NCBI GenBank assembly: GCA_001695645.1
Contig: LVZN01000015.1
Span: 9,749-41,748 of the forward strand
From: Erysipelotrichaceae bacterium MTC7
GTDB lineage: Bacteria > Bacillota_I > Bacilli_A > Erysipelotrichales > Erysipelotrichaceae
Length of the DNA: 32,000 nt
Direction: 5' to 3'
Shown here: in pieces, positions 1 to 7,295 of the stretch
Layout of the letters: every line of letters begins with the position of its first letter
Numbering within the stretch: position 1 is the first letter of the stretch
Position numbers and translations under genes: made by a program
The notes under the pieces: model-generated
Told to the model about the DNA's origin: nothing
The model's database searches: none
What the model saw: only the letters and a program-made list of their open reading frames with translations

Positions 1-103
1 AGCAATTACAGTACCCATAATCGCTAAGAACATTACGATTCCTGTCATTGATCTAGAAAACTTATTCATAATTTTTATAAATTTTTCTTTCATTTGAAAC
101 TCC
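1..103 (-). CDS. N-terminal fragment of a membrane protein (possibly a PTS EIIC or other permease); the gene continues beyond the window edge
   Basis: ATG at 103 is preceded by AAGGGAG with about 7 nt spacing. Translation is MKEKFIKIMNKFSRSMTGIVMFLAIMGTVIA, a basic N-terminus followed by a hydrophobic helix. It lies directly downstream of an RpiR regulator. Confidence 0.35.
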
Positions 104-234
104 CTTTTTTTTAATATTAATTGCTATATACATTGTGTCGACCTCTGTACAAACTCAGTATAAATGAGCAAGAAGCAAGAAACAATAGAAGCAAGTGATG
201 AGTGAAAATTGTTACTACTTTATGATAATTGTTA

Positions 235-261
235 CTAAAAAAGCCACCCAACTTGGATGAC
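235..261 (-). terminator. Intrinsic terminator after the RpiR gene
   Basis: On the minus strand GTCATCCA-agt-TGGGTGGC forms an 8-bp stem with G-U pairs, followed by TTTTTT. Confidence 0.5.
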
Positions 262-269
262 TTTATCGA

Positions 270-986
270 CTATTCATTATTTTCTAGATATTTTTTCGAG
301 TATTCCTCAAGTACCATTTCAAAGAATACGATAATCTTCGCAGTGAAAAAATCTGCTTTATAACTGGATTTAGAACTACTAATTGAATCTATTTGAATAC
401 TCGTATGTGCTAGTTTTCCTGCAGGTGATTCCAAATCAGAAGTAAATGCAATAACATTAAAACCATTTTCTTTGGCTTCGCGAATTCGCTCAAGTACTTC
501 ACCTCTTGCTCCTGATTTGGACATAACAATGTATAGTCCTTTCTTAAATGTTGGGTTTGCAAATGCTTCATAATGATAACAAAATGTCGCATTAAAATTG
601 AACACAAGTAGCTTTTGAATAATATAGTCTCTTGCGGCATCTACATATCCAAGGGAATCAACAAGAACTTTACCATCACTATAGTAGTTCAACAACTCAG
701 CAATCATAGGAATAAACTCTGAATTTGAACCATCTTTTTCTAATGAACTCACAGCAAAAACTTCGGGTGAATACCGACTTTTTTTACTAGCTAACATCAT
801 ATAATACATTTCACTGTACCCACTATAGCCAAGTTTTTTACTTAACTTGATAATGGTTGCATTTGAGACAAAACACTCTTCAGCAATCTGTGAAACATTG
901 ACCTTTTCATTTTTATCAATATGTTTCCAGATCGTATTCATAATTAAATTTTCCGTATCATTTAAATTCGTTTTATTTATGTTCAT
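270..986 (-). CDS. RpiR/MurR-family transcriptional regulator (N-terminal HTH_6 plus C-terminal SIS sugar-phosphate binding domain)
   Basis: HTH segment VSQIAEECFVSNATIIKLSKKLGYSGYSE, then a SIS-like segment (GLYIVMSKSGARGEVLERIREAKENGFNVIAFT). Start moved to the ATG at 986 (MNINKTN...), which follows GGAG. The 1037 start is an upstream extension with no SD. Confidence 0.85.
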   Translation of the reverse strand: MNINKTNLNDTENLIMNTIWKHIDKNEKVNVSQIAEECFVSNATIIKLSKKLGYSGYSEMYYMMLASKKSRYSPEVFAVSSLEKDGSNSEFIPMIAELLNYYSDGKVLVDSLGYVDAARDYIIQKLLVFNFNATFCYHYEAFANPTFKKGLYIVMSKSGARGEVLERIREAKENGFNVIAFTSDLESPAGKLAHTSIQIDSISSSKSSYKADFFTAKIIVFFEMVLEEYSKKYLENNE

Positions 987-1227
987 AAGCACTCCAATCC
1001 TTACATATAGAGTACATGATTTTATGAAACAATTCAAAACATTCAGTTTATTACATATTTAACATTTACATCACAGTGTGTTAATTGAATACGATCTCCG
1101 AAAAATTTGCATTTGTTTCGAGATATTGACAACTTATCAACTTTGTTCACCATATATTGTGCTTTTTTACCTTTTCCAACTTCTTCGTTTTCCTTGATTA
1201 TCTTGCTTTTTGCCCACAACAAGACAC

Positions 1228-1259
1228 AAAAAAACGTCTCTACTTTATGTAAAGACGCT
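1228..1259 (-). terminator. Intrinsic terminator of the gal operon
   Basis: Minus strand GCGTCTTTAC-ataaa-GTAGAGACGT (10 bp, including wobble pairs that work only on this strand), followed by TTTTTTT. Confidence 0.6.
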
Positions 1260-1276
1260 AATCTTATATACTTTTT

Positions 1277-2293
1277 TTAGCCATACACTTTTGTAAAAGT
1301 ATAAACGGTAGTTGAACGAAACGGTTCATTTGCTTTATAGACAACATCAGGCTGTGCTTGGTTATGAATCGCATCAGGTGCGAAGCTTGTTTCGATACAG
1401 ATTGCACAGTTTCCTTGGTATGCCTTGTTTCCTTTTCCCAAAACCGGGGGTTCATAGTTAGGTACATACATATGAAAGCCTGGCAAATCGGTTGTCACAA
1501 CCAATTTGTTTTTTGTTTTTTCATCAACCAAGACAACTTTCTTTGACTCATCTTCATCAAAGATAAAGAAGTTATCAAATCCTTCACAAGTCGCTATTTG
1601 TACATCGTCAGTTTGTTTTAGCGCTTGCACTACTTTACGTGATGTTCGAAAATCGTGTGCTCGATTGTCCACACGAAAGATATTTCCTGTCGCTAAATGA
1701 TCTGCATCATTTTCCATTACCTTTGACACTGGTGTTTGCACTTCTAAATTCTCAATTTCACCATTTCCTGCCCCTTGTAAGGCAAAGTACATATGGTTTG
1801 TTAAATTGATAAGCGTGTCTTTATCACTGCATGCATCATAGTGAATTTCTAGGCGATCTTCAATTAAACGGAAGGTTACATCGAGTGAAAGATTGCCAGG
1901 AAAGCCTTCTTCCAAATCTAGGCTGACATAGGACATTGTTAAACCATTTTCTATTTCTTTCACACGAAATATTTTTTTATTGAAGCCTTCTTCTCCACCA
2001 TGCAACGCATGTTTTTGATTGCCACGATTGATGTGATACGTTTTTCCATCTAGCTCAAATTGTCCATTGGCAATCCGGTTTGCACAGCGACCAATGGTTG
2101 CACCAAAATAATTAGGATTATCTTGATACATAGAGATATCATCATAACCCAAAACTACATCTGTCCCATCAGGATATATCACCGACACAACCGTAGCTCC
2201 TAGATTGGTTAGTTTCACTGTGAGTTTTTTTGTTGTTAGTGTATAAAGATAGACATCGTTAAGTCCAACTACTTTTTCCTTTGTGATATTCAT
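1277..2293 (-). CDS. galM: Aldose 1-epimerase (galactose mutarotase)
   Basis: FGATIGRCANRIANGQFELDGKTYHINRGNQKHALHGG is typical of mutarotases. It is the last gene of the gal operon. Confidence 0.9.
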   Translation of the reverse strand: MNITKEKVVGLNDVYLYTLTTKKLTVKLTNLGATVVSVIYPDGTDVVLGYDDISMYQDNPNYFGATIGRCANRIANGQFELDGKTYHINRGNQKHALHGGEEGFNKKIFRVKEIENGLTMSYVSLDLEEGFPGNLSLDVTFRLIEDRLEIHYDACSDKDTLINLTNHMYFALQGAGNGEIENLEVQTPVSKVMENDADHLATGNIFRVDNRAHDFRTSRKVVQALKQTDDVQIATCEGFDNFFIFDEDESKKVVLVDEKTKNKLVVTTDLPGFHMYVPNYEPPVLGKGNKAYQGNCAICIETSFAPDAIHNQAQPDVVYKANEPFRSTTVYTFTKVYG

Positions 2294-2323
2294 AAGGTTC
2301 CTTTCTTGAACATTGATTGCTTT

Positions 2324-3805
2324 TTACAAGGTTTTGATAAACTTGATAAACGCTTCTTGTCCTACTTCGTCTTGCTTGTAAACACCTGCATTTTCCAAGA
2401 CATGTAAAAACACGGTTCCGACTTCATTTTCTAATACCGCATCTATTTTGGCTTCATCCATTGCAGGATATGTTTGTAGCAACATATCATACCATTGTTG
2501 ATGAATGCTTGCTTTAGTCGGCAATGTTTGTTGGTTAGCCAACCAGCACGTTTTGATTATATCTAACTCTTCAACTAGTCGAGCTGGTAAAACTGCTAGA
2601 CCCATAACTTCAATTAAACCAATGTTTTCTTTTTTAATGTTGTGATACTCCGTGTGCGGATGATAGATTCCATCTGGATGCTTTTCACTTGTACGATTGT
2701 TACGTAAAACCAAATCCATTTCGTAAAGTTCTCCCTTTTTACGAACGATTGGTGTAATCGTATTGTGTCTCTCTCCTTGTGTATTTGCATAAATGCCAAC
2801 ACTTTCATCGGAATATGCTATCCATTTAGCCAATACTTCATCTGCAAACGTGATGAGTTCTTGTTTGTCTTTACTGGTTACACGAATCACAGACATTGGC
2901 CAATGTAGTCGCCCATAATGCAAATCTGCAAAGTTTTCGCTTGTATAATCATCGATAACTTCTGCTTTTGCCATCGCAAAGGTGTAATGTCCACCTTGGA
3001 AATGATCATGACTTAAAATACTTCCACCAACAATTGGTAAATCTGCATTACTACCAATGAAATAATGTGGTAAGAAATCTACAAAATCACACAAGGCTTG
3101 AAATGCATTGTGATCAATTGCCATTGGTTTGTGTTCTTGATTGAAAATAATACAATGTTCATTGTAGTACACATATGGCGAATATTGCATAAAGTATCCT
3201 TGGTTGTTTAATTGCAGAGGAATAATCCGATGGTTGCTGCGTGCTGGATGACTTAAATTTCCTGCATACCCCTCATTTTCCTTGCAAAGTAAGCATTTTG
3301 GATAGCCTGTTGATTTTACATGCTTCGCAGCTGCAATATCTTTAGGATCTTTTTCTGGTTTTGCCAGATTGATCGTAATATCTATATCACCATATGGTGT
3401 ATTTGTTTTCCACTGCTTGTTTAGTCCCATTCGATCTTTTTGAATGTAATTTGTATCAATGGAAAATTTGTAATATGCTTCACTTGCTTTTTTTGGTTCC
3501 TGTTCATAATTTACATAAAACGTTTCAATCACGGTATATGGTCGTGGAACCATTGTGTTCATTAGTTTTGCCCGAAAGATCTCTTTTGTTGCTTGCAAGT
3601 CTTCTAACTTACCTGCTTGCAACTGATGCATCTGAATGTCATCGAGAATGTGAACCAATTCTCTTTCTTGTGTAACTTCACACATCTCAAATACTTCAAG
3701 ACCTAGTAAATCTAAAATTAAATTTGCACTATAAACAACTTCTTCCTCACCAATAAGTTGTTTATTCACCCCATATGCCAACAATTCACTTACTAGGTAA
3801 TTCAT
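2324..3805 (-). CDS. galT: Galactose-1-phosphate uridylyltransferase, class II (long Gram-positive type)
   Basis: 493 aa, the size of Firmicutes GalT. Contains the HDHFQGG motif region. Its start overlaps the galE stop (TAATG). Confidence 0.9.
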   Translation of the reverse strand: MNYLVSELLAYGVNKQLIGEEEVVYSANLILDLLGLEVFEMCEVTQERELVHILDDIQMHQLQAGKLEDLQATKEIFRAKLMNTMVPRPYTVIETFYVNYEQEPKKASEAYYKFSIDTNYIQKDRMGLNKQWKTNTPYGDIDITINLAKPEKDPKDIAAAKHVKSTGYPKCLLCKENEGYAGNLSHPARSNHRIIPLQLNNQGYFMQYSPYVYYNEHCIIFNQEHKPMAIDHNAFQALCDFVDFLPHYFIGSNADLPIVGGSILSHDHFQGGHYTFAMAKAEVIDDYTSENFADLHYGRLHWPMSVIRVTSKDKQELITFADEVLAKWIAYSDESVGIYANTQGERHNTITPIVRKKGELYEMDLVLRNNRTSEKHPDGIYHPHTEYHNIKKENIGLIEVMGLAVLPARLVEELDIIKTCWLANQQTLPTKASIHQQWYDMLLQTYPAMDEAKIDAVLENEVGTVFLHVLENAGVYKQDEVGQEAFIKFIKTL

Positions 3806-4779
3806 TACTTTTGTCCTTTATGAAAGTTCCATGCACTTTCAATAATTGCTTTTACATCTGTCCATGTTGGATCCCAACCAAGCACTTCTTTTGCTTTTAC
3901 ATTTGATGCAATCAAGCGAGCAGGATCTCCTACACGACGTGCTTCCATTTTCTTGTGGATTGGTGTACCAACAACATCACTAGCAGCATCAATGATTTCC
4001 AAGACTGAAAAACCAACACCATTTCCTAAGTTAAAGACATTGCTTTCATTACCTGCTTTTAAATATTCAAGTGCACGAATGTGTGCATCTGCTAAATCAA
4101 GCACATGGATGTAATCACGAATACAAGTTCCATCTGGCGTATCATAATCATCACCAAAAACAGAAATATACTCGCGTTTTCCAAGTGGAACTTGTAAAAC
4201 AAGCGGAATTAAATGCGTTTCTGGATTGTGCATTTCCCCAATCAATCCGTTTGGATGCGCCCCACACGCATTGAAGTAACGTAAAGCAACATATTTCATG
4301 CCATAGGCAACATCACACCATTTCATCATTTTTTCCATGGTTAACTTGGTTTCTCCATAGGTATTGGTTGGTGCTGTAACATCTCCTTCTTCAATTGGCA
4401 TTTTCTTTGCATCACCATAAGTTGCTGCAGTTGATGAAAATACGATATCCTTAACGCCTGCTTCCTGCATCACTTCAAGTAAGACTTGTGTACCATAAAC
4501 GTTATTGTCATAATATTTCAATGGTTTTTGCATACTTTCACCAACTAGAGAGTTTGCCGCAAAATGAATGACACCATCAATGTTTTCTCTGGCAAAAACA
4601 TCCGTTAAAAATGCCTTATCGCGTAAATCACCTTTGTAAAATGTAGCTTCTGGGTGAATCAAACATTCAAATCCTGTTTGTAAGTTATCAACAATAACCA
4701 CTTCATACCCACGCTCAATTAATGTATAAACTGTGTGTGAACCAATGTAACCAGCCCCACCTAATACTAGTGCTTTCAT
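3805..4779 (-). CDS. galE: UDP-glucose 4-epimerase
   Basis: N-terminal GGAGYIGSH Rossmann motif, SSTAATYG and the YGETK catalytic motif. 324 aa. Confidence 0.95.
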   Translation of the reverse strand: MKALVLGGAGYIGSHTVYTLIERGYEVVIVDNLQTGFECLIHPEATFYKGDLRDKAFLTDVFARENIDGVIHFAANSLVGESMQKPLKYYDNNVYGTQVLLEVMQEAGVKDIVFSSTAATYGDAKKMPIEEGDVTAPTNTYGETKLTMEKMMKWCDVAYGMKYVALRYFNACGAHPNGLIGEMHNPETHLIPLVLQVPLGKREYISVFGDDYDTPDGTCIRDYIHVLDLADAHIRALEYLKAGNESNVFNLGNGVGFSVLEIIDAASDVVGTPIHKKMEARRVGDPARLIASNVKAKEVLGWDPTWTDVKAIIESAWNFHKGQK

Positions 4780-4803
4780 GTTCTGTTCCTTCTTTCTTTA
4801 CCT

Positions 4804-6087
4804 TTATGCAAAAACTTTATATCCACCAAATGGACGTACTTTAAGTACATAACAACTTCCTTCATCAAAAACCGCTTCGATTCCTGTTTTGTAGCTATCA
4901 AGCATTTCATTTGGCACAAATGCTTGAATGGTTCCAGCAAACCCACCACCGTGGACACGACATACACCTTTTCCTTGTAGTAAGTACTCACTCATTGCAA
5001 GTCCCGTGGAAATGTTTTGTTCGTTTACATCTTTGTTAGAGTAGACATTTTGTAAGTATTTATATGAACTATCTCCACTTGCTTTTACCAGTGTTTTAAA
5101 TTGATCGAAATCATTTGCTTTTAGTGCAGCAACTTCATCAAGAACACGTGCATTCTCCCCAAAGAAATGATATGCTCGTAAGACTGGTCGATCACCTAAT
5201 GTATTTCTAAGTTCACCAACGTTTTGATAGAACAGTGTTGGCTCAATTTCACGCAAGAAATCTTTACCAAAGTAATTCGCAACTTTACGCATATCTGCAG
5301 GCACAGCTGCATATTCATCGGTTAAGTCAGCATGACTTCCCTTTGTATCCACGATGCATAGACTATGATTAGAAGAATCAAAATCAAAGTCTAATTTTTC
5401 AACAATAGGATTGCTTGGATCTTTAAAATCAATGGTAATAAAACTACCAACAGAACTTGCCATTTGATCCATCAATCCACAAGGTTTCATAAAGAATTCA
5501 TTTTCTGCATATTGACCAATTTTAGCTATTTCAACAGCATCGATTGCACCTTCGTTGTATTCGTGTGAAAGAATCGTTCCAAGCAAAGTTTCAAATGCAG
5601 CGCTACTTGATAAACCTGCCCCTTCAAGTACATCACTTGTCATATAGGCTTCAAATCCACCGATGTTACCACCGCGATTTTTAATACCTGCAGCAACTCC
5701 ACGGATAATTGCTTCTGATGTTCCCGCTTCTTTTTCACTTGCAACTAACGTTGCAGCATTGACTGGTTTGATATTAAATCCTTCTGAGTCTACGATAATG
5801 ACATCATCCTCACGTTTTGCGACAATTGCAATCGTATCTAAGTTGACCCCTGCAGCTAACACACGTCCGTGCTGATGGTCCGTATGGTTTCCTCCAACTT
5901 CACTTCTTCCTGGTGCAGAATACACACGTACTTCTTTCTCACCAAAATGGTCTTTGAACGTTTCAAGTGCAAGCACGTAACGTTCTTTTTGTTTTTCAAT
6001 CATGGATGCATCAACATATAATTTCAATAAATCTGCATCGTGTTTTCCTGTTTGAATTTCTTCAATAAGTGTTTGAATCATTGCCAT
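4804..6087 (-). CDS. galK: Galactokinase-family GHMP kinase with an atypical sugar-binding signature
   Basis: GHMP motif II GAGLSSSAAFE and motif III HGGGFAGT are present. Motif I reads GRSEVGGNHTDHQHG instead of the canonical GRVNLIGEHTDY. It sits between galR and galE. Confidence 0.7.
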   Translation of the reverse strand: MAMIQTLIEEIQTGKHDADLLKLYVDASMIEKQKERYVLALETFKDHFGEKEVRVYSAPGRSEVGGNHTDHQHGRVLAAGVNLDTIAIVAKREDDVIIVDSEGFNIKPVNAATLVASEKEAGTSEAIIRGVAAGIKNRGGNIGGFEAYMTSDVLEGAGLSSSAAFETLLGTILSHEYNEGAIDAVEIAKIGQYAENEFFMKPCGLMDQMASSVGSFITIDFKDPSNPIVEKLDFDFDSSNHSLCIVDTKGSHADLTDEYAAVPADMRKVANYFGKDFLREIEPTLFYQNVGELRNTLGDRPVLRAYHFFGENARVLDEVAALKANDFDQFKTLVKASGDSSYKYLQNVYSNKDVNEQNISTGLAMSEYLLQGKGVCRVHGGGFAGTIQAFVPNEMLDSYKTGIEAVFDEGSCYVLKVRPFGGYKVFA

Positions 6088-6099
6088 GTTTTTTCTCCT

Positions 6100-7119
6100 T
6101 TACATATTTGTTGTCGAATCTCGAACAATCAGGCTTGTGTTAAGAACAATACGTTTCCCACGTTGTCCCGTTTCAATATTTTCAAGTACAAGTCCCCCCG
6201 CATTGTAACCAAGTAGATGCATGTGTTGATCTACTGTTGTTAACTTGGGATTGCTGTATTTGCTAAGTAAGGTATTATCAAAACCAATTAAGGCAACATC
6301 ATCAGGTATGGATAATTGCAATTGTTGACATGCATCAATGACACCCATCGCCATCAATTCGTTGCAACAAAAGATAGCATCATACACATGCTCTTGTAAG
6401 ATTGGTACTAAGATATCTTTTGTTTGTTCAATGATTTGTGCACTGTTTCCTTCACCACTATAAATCATCCGTGCAGTTGCATGTAGATTATGCCTATCAC
6501 AAAACTGTTTGAACACCTCTTCTTTGATATCGTAAGAGTAACTATCCGCTCCACGCACAAATAAAATATCGTGACGTCCTTGTTGCCAAAAATAAGCAAG
6601 TGCTTCACTGATTCCTTTTGCCTCATCACTTAATACAAAGGAAAATTCACTGTGACTAGGATCTCCATTGATAAAAACGATAGGTACATTTCCAACAATC
6701 TTTGAAAAATTTTGCTTATCCATATTTTCTGTGACTGGGTCTGCAATAATAATTCCAGCAACGTTTCGAGCAACTAGATTTCGAACACATGCAAGTTCAC
6801 TCTCTTGATCGTTTTTTGAAAAGGTAATCAACAAAGAATAGCTCTTTTCATTTAATGCTCGTTCAATACCGTTAACAACCTCAGAGAAAAACATGTTGTC
6901 AATGCTAGGAACAATCACACCAATGGTCTTTGAAGCACCAAGTTTAATTTCTTGGGCTTGTACATTTGGTACAAAGTTTAACTCTTGAATTGCTGCATTT
7001 ACTCTTTCCTTTGTTTTCACATTTACTGGATAATTCCCATTCACTACACGTGAGACTGTCGCGACTGACACACCAGCTTTTTTTGCTACATCATGAATTG
7101 TTGTTTTGATAAACCTCAC
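6100..7119 (-). CDS. galR: LacI/GalR-family transcriptional repressor; exact start codon uncertain
   Basis: HTH TIHDVAKKAGVSVATVSRVVNG plus a periplasmic-binding-protein-like sugar domain. It is the first gene of the gal operon. The tracked GTG at 7119 overlaps the SD AGGAGG (7119-7124); see findings. Confidence 0.85.
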   Translation of the reverse strand: MRFIKTTIHDVAKKAGVSVATVSRVVNGNYPVNVKTKERVNAAIQELNFVPNVQAQEIKLGASKTIGVIVPSIDNMFFSEVVNGIERALNEKSYSLLITFSKNDQESELACVRNLVARNVAGIIIADPVTENMDKQNFSKIVGNVPIVFINGDPSHSEFSFVLSDEAKGISEALAYFWQQGRHDILFVRGADSYSYDIKEEVFKQFCDRHNLHATARMIYSGEGNSAQIIEQTKDILVPILQEHVYDAIFCCNELMAMGVIDACQQLQLSIPDDVALIGFDNTLLSKYSNPKLTTVDQHMHLLGYNAGGLVLENIETGQRGKRIVLNTSLIVRDSTTNM

Positions 7120-7126
7120 CTCCTAT

Positions 7127-7235
7127 TATTGTCATAGTAAACGTTTTCTATAAATACGTCAATACATTCGTAAATTATTTTCAAACGTTCGTAAATAAGT
7201 AACAATATAAACAGATAACGTTTACCATGACAATA
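7127..7235 (-). promoter_or_regulatory. gal control region: two tandem sigma-A-like promoters and three AACGTT-core LacI-type operators
   Basis: P1 is TTGACG (7157-7162), 17 nt, TACTAT (7134-7139). P2 is TTGTCA (7228-7233), 17 nt, TTATAT (7205-7210). Operators: atagtaaacgttttctat (7134-7151), tcaaacgttcg (~7181-7191) and agataacgtttaccat (7213-7228). There is a 19-bp inverted repeat at 7127-7145 and 7217-7235 with one mismatch. Confidence 0.5.
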
Positions 7236-7240
7236 TAAGA

Positions 7241-7268
7241 AAAGATCGAGCTCAATCGATCTTTTCTA
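7241..7268. terminator. Hairpin terminator downstream of the galactanase gene
   Basis: AAAGATCGA-gctcaa-TCGATCTTT, a perfect 9-bp stem flanked by A and T runs on both sides. Confidence 0.6.
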
Positions 7269-7295
7269 TAGAGATTTTATAAAAAGATTGGTTTT

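Noticed and set aside
4776-4991. 71-aa minus-strand ORF overlapping the galK 3' end and the galE start.
   Set aside because: It is out of frame and lies within the well-supported galK gene. It has no SD and no recognisable similarity.
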